DNA of 41,042 nt, taken from contig JBOGYU010000001.1 of NCBI GenBank assembly GCA_050696935.1, positions 1 to 41,042 of the forward strand, read 5' to 3'. Each line of letters starts with the position of its first letter. Within the stretch, counting starts at the first letter, position 1. Below are positions 16,969-26,144 of the stretch, piece after piece. A model generated the notes under the pieces. The model was not told the DNA's origin. It made no database searches and was given only the letters and a program-made list of their open reading frames with translations. The position numbers and the translations under genes were made by a program. Source of the DNA: Solirubrobacteraceae bacterium. Lineage in GTDB: Bacteria > Actinomycetota > Thermoleophilia > Solirubrobacterales > Solirubrobacteraceae.

Positions 16969-19640
16969 CGGTGGGCCTCCCAGCCCTCGGCTGCGAGCTG
17001 CTCGAGCGCACGCCACGCGTCGCCGTCGCAGGTGTCGAGTACCTGCGTTCGTCGCGGAAGGTCGTTGACCGGGTCCGACGTCGCCAGGCCGTACTCGGTC
17101 GGGCCAACCCGCAGAGCGATCGTGCCTCGCCCGCGCGTGCCGTTGATCCAGTAGGCCTGCGAGTAGGAGCGCTTGACGGTCTTCAGCCGGGCGATCGCGC
17201 GCACCTCGGCGTCGGAGAGGCGCGCTGCGTCCTTGATGTAGGCGAGTTCGTCCGGCGACTGGCGCAGGAAGAGCTGCTGGGTCGAGTTGCGCAGCAACGC
17301 CTTGCCGTACGGGCCGGCGAAGTCGGATAGCTGCTGGGAGATGGCGACCAGGAACAGGCCCAGGTGGCGGGAGCGGCGCGCGATCTCGTTGACCCACTCG
17401 CCGGTCGCCCGGCGCTCGACGAGCTTCCACGCCTCGTCGATCACCAGCATCGAGCGGCCGGCGAAGACTCCGCCGTTCGCCTCGCGAAGCCGCTCGAGCC
17501 CGCGGGACTCGATGCGGCGGGTCACGTGCTCGGCCAGGACGAAGAGCACTGCGGCCTGGAGCTCGCGCGGCACCTTCCGGGTGTCGAAGGCGACCAGTGG
17601 CGCGTCGGCGGGGACGGTGGTCTCCCGGTCGAGGAGATACGCGTAGGAGCCGTCGTCGACGAACGAGGCGATCCGCTCGCCGAGCGTGCGCAGTGCCGAG
17701 GCGACCTCCTCGGCGCCGGCCTTAGCTTCGTCGTCGGCGCGGCGGCGGAGCTCTTGGCGCAGCAGTGCCTCGCGCGGGACGATCTCTTCCCGGGTCGCGC
17801 GCGCGTAGACGGACCGGATGGCGACTTCGAGCAGGTTGCGCTCGAGCGCGTCGAGGCCGTAGGAGTCGTCGCCGGCACGGTGGTCGCCGACGAGCAGCGC
17901 GTGCAGCGCGACGAGGTAGCTGATCTTCTCGATCGGCGGGTTCGCCGGGTCCTCGACGTCCCACGGATTGACGGCGTGGTCGTCGCTGGATGCCCCGATC
18001 AACAGGTGCTGTGCGCCTGGCACGAGACGGCAGAGGAACTCGTAGTGGCCGGCGCGATCGAGCACGAATGCCTGCATGCCGTGGGCGAGCAGGCGCGCGA
18101 CGAGGACGTTGACGAGGAACGTCTTGCCGCCGCCAGATCGCGCGTTGATCAGCAGCGTGCCGTTGTCGTGGGCGGGATCGAAGGGATTGATGAGGGCGAC
18201 TTCGCGTCCCGGGTCCGTGAACGCGAACGGGATCCCGAGCGGCGAGCCGCAGCCCGTGCCCACCAGCGGCACGGTGTCGCCGACATGACGGGTGACGTAC
18301 TTGCGCGTCATCCGGGCCAGGTCGCGTCCGAGCGGCAGCGAGGACTGCCACAGCTCGAGCTGGCGGAGCTGTCCAGTGTTCACGCGGGCGTCGGAGGCGG
18401 CGATGACCTCGCGGGTAGCCTGCTCGACCGCCTCGGCGAGCTGGACCGGATCGGGATTTGGGCCGCGCTCGCGAATCGACTGGTAGATCGAGACCTCGAA
18501 CGCCGACGCTCGCTCGTGACCGGAGAGTTCCTTCAGCAGCTCGGAGAACTCCTCCTCCTGGGCGAGCATCTCGTAGTCGGGAGTGCGGCCGCGCAGCTCG
18601 GCGCCACGGTTGACGCCGAACAACCGCCGGTGCCGAGCCTTGAATCGAGCGCGCTCACGCAAGCGGTCGAGCGCATGCACGTACACGGTGAGGGTGAACG
18701 GCCGCTGGACCTGCATCGCGTCGAGCAGCCACCCGAACTCGGTCGCGTCGGGCAGCGTCGCCACATAGAGGGCCTGCTCGAGGTCGCGGTCGACGCGCAG
18801 GTGGCGCTGGTCGGCGCAGTCGATCGCCGAGCCCGCAACGAGCTCCCGCAGCGCATGGGCGGCGCGCGCCGCCTCGCGCGCATCGGTCACCGCGTCGAGC
18901 TCGCCGACGAGCTCAAGCCGCTGCTCCTGCGCGGCGGGGCGGCGATTGGGAGTTCGATCCGCCGCCGTCGGGTTGAATCGTCGCCAGAGGAGGTCGAGCA
19001 CTTCGGGGCCCGACAGCATGTGGGTGGAGAGGTCCAGCGCCTCGAGGTCACCGCGGATGGAGTCGGTCACGTGGAGTGACTCCTGCGCCAGCCGCCGGTG
19101 CGACTCAAGCGACCGCTCCAGCGCGCCTGCGGAAAGCCGAGGGCGGCGGACGCGAACGAGTTCGCGCCAATCGATCCGCACGCGCCGATCTGGGACGTGC
19201 GGAACGATGACGTAGTAGGCGATGTCGACGGCCGCCTGGGCCTGGGAGTGCCGATCGAGCGACTCGCACAACGCCGCGTGAAGCCGCCGCAGCGCCTGCG
19301 CACGCGCGCCCGCTCCATCACGGAGGGCCCGTTGGGCGCGCTCGGCCTCCGCCCGGCTGTGCTCCAGCAGCGTGGGCAGACGGACCGGGGCCGCCTCGAC
19401 ATAGAACTGCAGCGATTGCCCAGCTCCGAGCCGCCCGACCAGCTGGCCGAGGGCGTGGCCGACCTGCTCCCGCTCGGCTTGGGACATCACGAGCGGGTTC
19501 TTCGGGGTCACGCGCAGATACCGAACGAAGGCGCCCTCGCGCGTGATGAGGAGACCTTCGCGATCGAGGGCCTCGACCGCGCACAGCTCGCCGGCGTCCG
19601 GTAGCGCGACGCTGCGCTCCCGAAGTCTCAGACGTCCCAC
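16965..19640 (-). CDS. VirB4/TrbE/TraC-type conjugative ATPase
   Basis: GTG at 19640 overlaps the upstream stop (GTGGGACGTCTGA). 891 aa with Walker A (ARSGGGKTFLV) and Walker B (MLVIDEAWKL). The 149-aa N-terminal extension in ORF 16965..20087 is Arg/Gly junk that overlaps the upstream gene. Confidence 0.9.
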   Translation of the reverse strand: MGRLRLRERSVALPDAGELCAVEALDREGLLITREGAFVRYLRVTPKNPLVMSQAEREQVGHALGQLVGRLGAGQSLQFYVEAAPVRLPTLLEHSRAEAERAQRALRDGAGARAQALRRLHAALCESLDRHSQAQAAVDIAYYVIVPHVPDRRVRIDWRELVRVRRPRLSAGALERSLESHRRLAQESLHVTDSIRGDLEALDLSTHMLSGPEVLDLLWRRFNPTAADRTPNRRPAAQEQRLELVGELDAVTDAREAARAAHALRELVAGSAIDCADQRHLRVDRDLEQALYVATLPDATEFGWLLDAMQVQRPFTLTVYVHALDRLRERARFKARHRRLFGVNRGAELRGRTPDYEMLAQEEEFSELLKELSGHERASAFEVSIYQSIRERGPNPDPVQLAEAVEQATREVIAASDARVNTGQLRQLELWQSSLPLGRDLARMTRKYVTRHVGDTVPLVGTGCGSPLGIPFAFTDPGREVALINPFDPAHDNGTLLINARSGGGKTFLVNVLVARLLAHGMQAFVLDRAGHYEFLCRLVPGAQHLLIGASSDDHAVNPWDVEDPANPPIEKISYLVALHALLVGDHRAGDDSYGLDALERNLLEVAIRSVYARATREEIVPREALLRQELRRRADDEAKAGAEEVASALRTLGERIASFVDDGSYAYLLDRETTVPADAPLVAFDTRKVPRELQAAVLFVLAEHVTRRIESRGLERLREANGGVFAGRSMLVIDEAWKLVERRATGEWVNEIARRSRHLGLFLVAISQQLSDFAGPYGKALLRNSTQQLFLRQSPDELAYIKDAARLSDAEVRAIARLKTVKRSYSQAYWINGTRGRGTIALRVGPTEYGLATSDPVNDLPRRTQVLDTCDGDAWRALEQLAAEGWEAHR

Positions 19641-20014
19641 AGCGGCTCCCGCTCGGCGAGATGAGAGTCCGGACGCTCCTGCGTCGCCGCGGCCAGCTCG
19701 CAGCGGACGACGTAGCCGCGCGACGGCTCGCCCGCGCCCGGCAGGTAGCGTCGCGGGTGGCGCCAGTACCGCCACGCGGCCACACCGAAGGCCGCCACCG
19801 AGAACTCGAGACCCATGGCGCCGTACGACAGGGCGACCGGCATGCCGGCGCCGACGATCGAGACGAAGACCGTCACGCTCGTGGGGAACGGCGAGACGTA
19901 CACGCCGAACACCGCCGCGGCCGCACCCGCCACGCTCATCTGCACCCACTGGCCGAGCGAGAACGACCCGAGACGCAGCCTGGCCTCGAGGTGCTTGTAA
20001 GTCGGGTGGCGCAC
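19628..20014 (-). CDS. small membrane protein, PrgI/VirB3-like
   Basis: 128 aa, two to three TM helices. The N-terminus (..ARLRLGSFSLGQWVQM) resembles PrgI-family proteins. It sits directly upstream of VirB4, as VirB3 does. Confidence 0.55.
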   Translation of the reverse strand: MRHPTYKHLEARLRLGSFSLGQWVQMSVAGAAAAVFGVYVSPFPTSVTVFVSIVGAGMPVALSYGAMGLEFSVAAFGVAAWRYWRHPRRYLPGAGEPSRGYVVRCELAAATQERPDSHLAEREPLWDV

Positions 20015-20016
20015 GG

Positions 20017-21120
20017 CTACACCCCTGCTCCCCTGGCCGCGGAGCCCGCCGCCCCACCCCCGAAGCGCCCGGATATGCCTTCAGCACCGCGAGCCGTGCC
20101 GCCGGTGCGGACGGCCGCGCGGCCGTACACGAGCGCCCGCGCTGCAGTGTTGCCCAGCGAGGGGGTCAGCCCGGCGAGCATCGCTTGGCGGGCCAGGAGT
20201 TGCGGCGCCTTGAACGACACGAACAGCGCCGCGACGGAGACCCAGGGCTTGACGAGCTCGGCGCCGAACGAGCTCCTGAGGGTGAACGCCGACGCGCTCA
20301 TCACTGCGAAGATCGCGAAGCACAGCGCCCACACGACGGGCCAGAGCAGCACGCCGATGAGCAACTGAAGCCAGGTGCGAGCGAGCCATGAGGTCTCGGG
20401 CAGCGGCCAGAGCACGATCGCCAGGGGTGCCGCGACGTAGAGCAGTGCGAGCAGCGTCGCGATGACGATCTTGGTCACCAGCAGCAGCACCAGGAGCACG
20501 ACCGCGACGACGGCGGCGATAGCCCCGACGCCGAGCGGCGTGAAGCTCGCGACGGTGGCCGCGCCCAGGAGCTTCGCGAGCCCAGTCTCGAGCCCCGGCG
20601 CGTGAGTGATCCCGTGGGTGAGGTAGTTCGTCGCGATCGAGAGCGAGCCGAAGACCTCCGGGTAGATGGCGAGTGCGCCGGCCGCCATGCCGCCGCGCGC
20701 GAGCGCCTCGACCGCCTCATACGAGCCACCCGACGTGAACCCCGACGCGTAGTACCGGACGCCGGAGACCGTGAGGACGAGCGTGAACAGCGCCCAGGCG
20801 GCGACGCTGACGTACGCGCGCAGCTGGTTGAGCTCGCCGTAGTCGCCGCTGTTGGTGTAGACCGGAGTGGCGATCAGCCACTCCACCGCGCGGCGGGTGA
20901 CCTTCGCCTCGATTCCGAAGAAGGTCTTGAAGAAGAACTCGAAGACCTCGCCGACGAGATCGCCGGCGCTGGGCAGGGCGTCGAGCGGGTTCGGGACGCT
21001 GAAGCCCGACGTCAGGTCGATCTGGGCGTGAGCTGCCGGAGGCGAGGACATCAGCGCCATCACGCAACCGAGCCCCACGATCGCCGCGGCAACGGCACGC
21101 CTGCTTCGCGGCGACCGCAC
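20017..21120 (-). CDS. polytopic membrane protein, VirB6/TrbL-like channel component
   Basis: 367 aa with a signal-like N-terminus (..PPAAHAQ) and at least 6 hydrophobic helices. It lies between the pilin-like and VirB3-like genes. GTG start. Confidence 0.6.
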   Translation of the reverse strand: MRSPRSRRAVAAAIVGLGCVMALMSSPPAAHAQIDLTSGFSVPNPLDALPSAGDLVGEVFEFFFKTFFGIEAKVTRRAVEWLIATPVYTNSGDYGELNQLRAYVSVAAWALFTLVLTVSGVRYYASGFTSGGSYEAVEALARGGMAAGALAIYPEVFGSLSIATNYLTHGITHAPGLETGLAKLLGAATVASFTPLGVGAIAAVVAVVLLVLLLVTKIVIATLLALLYVAAPLAIVLWPLPETSWLARTWLQLLIGVLLWPVVWALCFAIFAVMSASAFTLRSSFGAELVKPWVSVAALFVSFKAPQLLARQAMLAGLTPSLGNTAARALVYGRAAVRTGGTARGAEGISGRFGGGAAGSAARGAGV

Positions 21121-21464
21121 TACGCAGCGACCGGCTTCGACAGCAGGACGACACCGACTCCCAGCGCGACGAGGCCGAGTACTCGGGCCGCACGCGCGTC
21201 ACCCGCCATGAAGAGGATCCCGCCCCAGATCAGGCCCAGCACGGAGAAGGCGCTCCCGACCGGGATCGTGTAGTCGGCGAGCCGGTCGATGAATCTCACG
21301 AACCGGGCGAATCCGCCGTTGCCCTGTGCTCCGCCACCCGCCGCGGCCCGTAGCGCGGCTTCTGCGGGTTCGGGCGCGACGAGCGCCGCGAGTAGCGTTG
21401 CGCCGACAACCGCCGCGGCTGCAGCAACGACGGGCGCCGCGTTGCGCTTCCTCACATCGCCCAT
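21120..21464 (-). CDS. VirB2/TrbC-like pilin candidate
   Basis: ATG at 21464 with GGAGG 8 nt upstream. 114 aa with a long signal peptide ending AEA, then two hydrophobic helices split by a short charged loop (..LIWGGILFMAGDARAARVLGLVALGVGVV..). Confidence 0.6.
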   Translation of the reverse strand: MGDVRKRNAAPVVAAAAAVVGATLLAALVAPEPAEAALRAAAGGGAQGNGGFARFVRFIDRLADYTIPVGSAFSVLGLIWGGILFMAGDARAARVLGLVALGVGVVLLSKPVAA

Positions 21465-21489
21465 CACGGAGACCTCCGGCTTCGTCGCA

Positions 21490-22182
21490 TCACATGAACT
21501 CGGGCGGTGCGTCGGCGGGCACCGGCGCAGGAGCGGCCCCTCCGCGACGGGCGGCAGGTGCTGGAGAGGGCAGACTCGGCGTCGCGGGCGCCGCGGGCGT
21601 TGCGGGGACCACCGGCCGCCGACGGGTCGGCACGTCGGGAGCAGGGCGCCCCGTCGACGACGAGTCGTCTCGACAGCATCTCTCCGATCGCGCGGGGCGC
21701 CGCGGCCGACGCGTGGACGTGTGCCGCCCGCGGCGTCGCCGGGCATCCTCGCGCGGCCGAAGGTTCCGCTTCGTCGCCTCCCTAGAACGAACCCGCGTCT
21801 GCCCCGACACCGACGACGAAGCGGCGGGCGCGCGTCGTTCGACGGGAGCTCGTTGCGCCTCGTCCTCTGAGCCAACGTCATGCAGCAGGAGAAGTGCCAT
21901 AGCAGCGGCGACCATCGCGGCCAGAAAAACGGAGCAACGAGCGACGAGGCCGGCCGCGAGTAGCCGGCGTCCGTCCGCATGGGATCGGCCACGGGGGAGC
22001 CGGTCGAGCGAGGCGGTTGCACCCGGGTTCCGCGGCGCACCGCCAACCTCAGCGAACAGGCTCGCCGCGTGCGCTGACGGCGCGTCCGTTCCGGCAGACC
22101 CGCGCCGATCCTCCGGCACAACGAAGATGTTCGGTCGCTCTACGGCTACGGCGAGCGCAAAGGTGTCAGCGGGTTCGGCCAT
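21490..22182 (-). CDS. hypothetical single-pass membrane protein with Pro/Arg-rich tail
   Basis: 230-aa ORF, one hydrophobic segment (LLAAGLVARCSVFLAAMVAAAMALLLL). It would be the first ORF of the transfer operon. Composition is only moderately gene-like. Confidence 0.35.
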   Translation of the reverse strand: MAEPADTFALAVAVERPNIFVVPEDRRGSAGTDAPSAHAASLFAEVGGAPRNPGATASLDRLPRGRSHADGRRLLAAGLVARCSVFLAAMVAAAMALLLLHDVGSEDEAQRAPVERRAPAASSSVSGQTRVRSREATKRNLRPREDARRRRGRHTSTRRPRRPARSERCCRDDSSSTGRPAPDVPTRRRPVVPATPAAPATPSLPSPAPAARRGGAAPAPVPADAPPEFM

Positions 22183-22577
22183 CGTCTACCCGTTGAGGAG
22201 GGAGCTAGGGGGAAACTGGCCCCGCGACTGTCGTCGGACAGGCCGCGCTCGGATCAGCTGCTCTCCGCCGCGCGACGCAAGCTCAACGCCGGCGACCTCG
22301 CCGTGTGACCATCAGCTGGAAGCAGCGACTGCCGACGTTTCCGCGTCCAGGCCGAGCGGAGTGTCCGCGCGACTGCCGGTCCCCGCCAAGCGCTGGAGGG
22401 GCCGCCACACGACGGCGGCGCCAGAGCCGCCCGCTGCCTTTCGCGCAACGCAGCAGTGACGGGACGACAACCTCTCATCCATCACTCGTCCGGCGCCGAC
22501 CGCGGCTTCGGACGTGGGGCGGTCAACGTCCGGGGTCGCGCCGGTACGGTGGGGCAGTGAACCTTCCGTCTCAATCG

Positions 22578-23522
22578 ATGGCGGCCAACACGATCTCACG
22601 GCTACGGCGGGTACCGCTTCGGGAGGTGTGGCAGCACGAGGCTCGTGGCTTCACCACCTGGCTGGAGCGGAACACGGACGTCCTAAGTGAGACGCTCGGC
22701 CTCGTCATCGATAACGTCGAACGCGAGCGCTCGGCTGGCAACTTCAGCGTGGATCTGGTGGGCGAGGACGCGGCCGGGAACCAAGTCGTGATCGAGAACC
22801 AACTCGAGCGCAGCGATCACGATCACCTGGGCAAGCTGATCACGTACCTGGCTGCATTCACGGCTAGGACGGCGATCTGGATCGTGGCGGACCCGCGCCC
22901 TGAGCATGTCGGCGCGATCACGTGGCTCAACGAGTCCGTCGAGGCGGACTTCTACTTGGTCAAGGTCGAGGCTGTCCGGATCGACCAGTCTCCAGCGGCG
23001 CCGCTCCTGACGCTGATCACCGGGCCGAGCGCCGCCGCCACGGAGGTGCGTGCACAGAAGCAGGAGCGTGCAGAACGCCACGACTTGCGTCAGGCGTTCT
23101 GGACCGGCCTGCTTGCCCGTGCTCGACCCTCGACGGGGCTCCACTCTGCCGTGTCCGCGAGCACCAGCACCTGGCTCGTCGCAAGTGCAGGGCAGCGGGG
23201 CCTCCTCCTGTGCTACATCGCGCGACAGCACGACGCGGCTGTGGCACTGGTGATCGATCGGGGCGACGCCGCTGAGAACGCCGCGCTCTTTGAGCGGATC
23301 CGACACGACCAAGAAGCCATCGAGAATGAGTTCGGCGGTCGACTCGACTGGGACCCCGCGGAAGGAAAGCAGCGTTGTCAGGTCGGCGCGAGGGTCTCCG
23401 CCGGTGGGTACCGCGACCCAGAGGAGAACTGGCCGGTCATCCAGGACAAGCTCATCGACACCATGGTGCGCTTTGAGCGCGTCCTCCGACCCCGGATCCA
23501 CGCACTCACGCTCGCGGACTGA
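22578..23522 (+). CDS. DUF4268-type protein with N-terminal PD-(D/E)XK nuclease-like fold
   Basis: ATG at 22578 (MAANTISRL). LREVWQHEARGFTTWLERN...FSVDLVGEDAAGNQVVIENQLERSDHDHLGKLITYLA...WLNE is the family signature as I recall it. The upstream 91 codons of ORF 22305..23522 are not coding. Confidence 0.75.
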   Translation: MAANTISRLRRVPLREVWQHEARGFTTWLERNTDVLSETLGLVIDNVERERSAGNFSVDLVGEDAAGNQVVIENQLERSDHDHLGKLITYLAAFTARTAIWIVADPRPEHVGAITWLNESVEADFYLVKVEAVRIDQSPAAPLLTLITGPSAAATEVRAQKQERAERHDLRQAFWTGLLARARPSTGLHSAVSASTSTWLVASAGQRGLLLCYIARQHDAAVALVIDRGDAAENAALFERIRHDQEAIENEFGGRLDWDPAEGKQRCQVGARVSAGGYRDPEENWPVIQDKLIDTMVRFERVLRPRIHALTLAD

Positions 23523-23965
23523 GGCGCCAGAGCTCCGAGATCGTCCACGACCCGCGAGGCGCGGCCCGGCCGGCATTGCCTGCGGAGACCGCAAAGCGGC
23601 AAAGCGGCAGTCTCGACCCTGCGCTCTTGGTCGGGGATATTGAGGGAGGATCTCGGGCGCGCGCCGCCAGAAACGCCCACTCGTCGCGGCGGGGGAGTCG
23701 GTGAAGCGGCTTTCGCTCGGCCCAGGGGACGACGATGTCATAGCGCGGACTCGGCGAGACTGCAGCGGTCTGCCGGTGGAGCACGGTGTGCCAGAGGGCG
23801 AAGGAGCGATTGGACGCAGCTGAATCCATCAGGGTTCGCCGAAACGCGAAGCAAGCCGATGCCCGCATTCTCACTGCGTCGGCGAAATGCTGGACGGATG
23901 TCCATTGCCGGGCATCGGGAGTCGGCCTAGGATCGCAGCTGGGCCCAAGTGCTCAGGGACTTTGA

Positions 23966-25063
23966 ATGCGGCTCTGTACCGCCTGCCTTCACATCGACGA
24001 CCGGACCATCGAGCACTGTCCTCGCTGCGGGGAGAGCGCGTTCGCGAGAGTGACCAAGAACGGGGACGTCGTCAGCGTTCCTGGCGAGGCAGGCATGCCC
24101 TGCCAGTGCTGTCTGGAGACGGAGCAGCAATTGCAGCTCCGCTACTACCGCCGAGTCCTGGGACTGCTGATCATGGACCGGGTCTGGGGCGAGGCTGGGT
24201 ACTTCTGCGGCCCGTGTCGTCGCAGGCACTTCGCCAAGAACATGGCCTTCACCCTCGTGTTCGGTTGGTGGGGCGTGATCGCGATGGTGTTCCGCAATCC
24301 CTACGCCATCTTGGTAAATCTCTGGGCGCTGTTCCGGCCGCCCTTTGGCGCCGGCGAGTTCGGCGCCATGAATGCAGACGAGATTCGGCAGGCGGCCGCC
24401 AGAGAGCAACAGCGCGAGCAGCGCCTGGCAGACGTCTATATGCGCATGCCAGGCTGGATGGAGACGCTGACCGAGGACGACATTACGCGAGTCCTCGCGA
24501 ACGTCGACTACTACGCGACGCTGGACGTCTCCCGCTCGGCGTCGCATCGCGAGATCAAGGCGGCTTGGCGTGCGCAGGTGAAAGCGCATCACCCTGATCG
24601 CGTCGGTGCGACAGGACACGAGCGAATCGTTGCGATCAACGACGCTTGGCAAGTTCTCGGGGACGAGCGCCTCCGCCATGCCTATGACCACCGCGAGGAG
24701 CTGCTTGGGTTCCTTCACGAGACGGAGGCCGTCGCATCGGAGTTCGACGAGCAGGACGCCGATGAGGACATGGCGATGGTCGTCGGGTGCGTCGAGTGCC
24801 GGCTTGCCTTTGAGTCCTTCGACGATGCCGCCGACCACGTCGATGCCGTGCACCCGCACGTCGACTACCACGACATCCTGGTTTCCCTCCTAGACGACGA
24901 GGACGCCGAGCCAGAGCGCGATCGCGCGTCGAACTCGCCGCGGTGGCGCTGCAAGGCGTGCCCACGGACCTTCAGTGACTATGACCTGGCCGTTCAACAT
25001 GCCGACCATGCGCATCCGGAACGAGTCACGGTCGATCCGAGAGCCGCGGTGGAGGCAATATGA
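23966..25063 (+). CDS. membrane protein with N-terminal zinc ribbon, central J-domain (HPD) and two C-terminal C2H2-type zinc fingers
   Basis: The zinc ribbon is CTAC..CPRC. The hydrophobic GWWG segment is FTLVFGWWGVIAMVF. The J-domain is DYYATLDVSRSASHREIKAAWRAQVKAHHPDR...INDAWQVLGDERLRHAYD. The two C2H2 fingers are CVEC..HVDAVH and CKAC..HADHAH. Confidence 0.85.
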   Translation: MRLCTACLHIDDRTIEHCPRCGESAFARVTKNGDVVSVPGEAGMPCQCCLETEQQLQLRYYRRVLGLLIMDRVWGEAGYFCGPCRRRHFAKNMAFTLVFGWWGVIAMVFRNPYAILVNLWALFRPPFGAGEFGAMNADEIRQAAAREQQREQRLADVYMRMPGWMETLTEDDITRVLANVDYYATLDVSRSASHREIKAAWRAQVKAHHPDRVGATGHERIVAINDAWQVLGDERLRHAYDHREELLGFLHETEAVASEFDEQDADEDMAMVVGCVECRLAFESFDDAADHVDAVHPHVDYHDILVSLLDDEDAEPERDRASNSPRWRCKACPRTFSDYDLAVQHADHAHPERVTVDPRAAVEAI

Positions 25064-25716
25064 GCCGATTCTGCTCTCATTGTGGTGAGCAGGTACGCGG
25101 CGATGATCGCTTCTGCGTTAAGTGCGGTGAGGAGATAAACGCCGGCGCCCAGCCGAATGACGTGAACCCTGGGTTTCGTGCGCCGGACCATCTGCACCGT
25201 CGCGCCGGCGGCTTCCTCGTTCGGCACGCGCGCGGACTCATGGCTCTCGCCGTCGTTGCTGCCATAGCGGTAGTGGCGGCTCTTTCCGGCTCGTCGAACG
25301 AGACAACTCCCGGTCCTGCCGACTCGGCGCCAGCGTCCGAGGTCGCCGCTGAGAAGGACCGCCAGCAGACAGGGCGGACGAAGGATGGCGCGGCGACGAC
25401 GACGTCCGAGGATCCTGCCGCTGACCGTGTCATCAAGGCCAAGGGTGCAGACGGCAAGACATACCGTTGCGACATAGGGATCATCGACCGCGTCAATGCG
25501 GCCAACGACCGTGTGGACCGACGAGAAGAGGTGTTGAAGGCTCGGCGTGCGGCGGTGCGAAGGCTCGAGAAGCAGTACCCCAACGGCGAAGCGCCCGGCG
25601 ATGTGGTCGACCGCTACGAGGATCTCCTCGCCCGCGCCAACGCCCAGGTCACATGGACAAACAAGGCAATCGACCAGTACAACCGGGTACTGCGCGACGC
25701 CTGCGACCCGGCGTAG
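25060..25716 (+). CDS. zinc-ribbon, single-pass membrane protein
   Basis: ATGA overlap with the upstream gene. FCSHCGEQVRGDDRFCVKCGEEI is a zinc ribbon. A TM helix (LMALAVVAAIAVVAAL) is followed by a charged helical ectodomain. Confidence 0.7.
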   Translation: MSRFCSHCGEQVRGDDRFCVKCGEEINAGAQPNDVNPGFRAPDHLHRRAGGFLVRHARGLMALAVVAAIAVVAALSGSSNETTPGPADSAPASEVAAEKDRQQTGRTKDGAATTTSEDPAADRVIKAKGADGKTYRCDIGIIDRVNAANDRVDRREEVLKARRAAVRRLEKQYPNGEAPGDVVDRYEDLLARANAQVTWTNKAIDQYNRVLRDACDPA

Positions 25717-25719
25717 CAC

Positions 25720-25944
25720 GTGCGGACCTCCGCTCTCTACGGCGCCGTCATGGCGCTCGCTGCCATCGCCGCCGTTGTGCTCGTCGGCGTTAGCGTTCAT
25801 GAGTTCGACTACGCCGCCGACCATCCCTACCGATACGGGCCCGCCAAGGTGATCGCCTGGACCGCTGGAGCCGGCGCCCTTCTCGCTATCGCGGTCGGCC
25901 TACTCGCCGGAGCGCTACTCCGCCAGGGCCACTCCTCGAGCTGA
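25720..25944 (+). CDS. small two-TM membrane protein
   Basis: GTG start 4 nt after the upstream stop. 74 aa with two hydrophobic helices. Confidence 0.5.
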   Translation: MRTSALYGAVMALAAIAAVVLVGVSVHEFDYAADHPYRYGPAKVIAWTAGAGALLAIAVGLLAGALLRQGHSSS

Positions 25945-26144
25945 CGCCGCCAGGGTCTCGCCGCTGCTCAAGCAAGTATCGGGTTGTCGCGCAAGGCGCA
26001 AGCCGGTTCGGACGCATACCGCCACGTGAGCGAACCCTGCTGGATGATTTGGTGGTGTTCGTCCGCCGCAGTCGCAATTGTTCGTCGAGGTTGCTTACGC
26101 TGAGCCTTCAGTCGTATCGACGGTGCTGACCGACCTCTCTATTC

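Noticed and set aside
16965-20087. N-terminal extensions in the ORF track for several transfer genes: 10315..11919, 15338..16651, 15916..17430, 16965..20087 and 21120..22121. The same applies to 22305..23522 and 33641..35098.
   Set aside because: The extensions overlap the upstream gene in another frame and are Arg/Gly/Pro junk. In each case an internal ATG or GTG sits exactly at an overlap with the upstream stop, or behind a GGAGG, and that is where recognisable protein sequence begins.
22683-23741. Long minus-strand ORFs opposite the plus-strand cargo and regulatory genes: 22683..23741, 23927..24871, 24994..25824, 28696..29451, 30705..31523, 33812..35047 and 34843..35754.
   Set aside because: Same antisense artefact. 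Each overlaps a gene with clear motifs (DUF4268, J-domain, SIR2-NACHT partner, IS3 OrfB, histidine kinase, response regulator).
23506-23874. 122-aa minus-strand ORF in the gap between the DUF4268 and J-domain genes. It has patches of gene-like codon usage (..SPRYDIVVPWAERKPLHRLPRRDEWAF..).
   Set aside because: No recognisable domain. It overlaps the DUF4268 gene tail, and its second half is low-complexity. It could be a gene remnant, but support is too weak to annotate.
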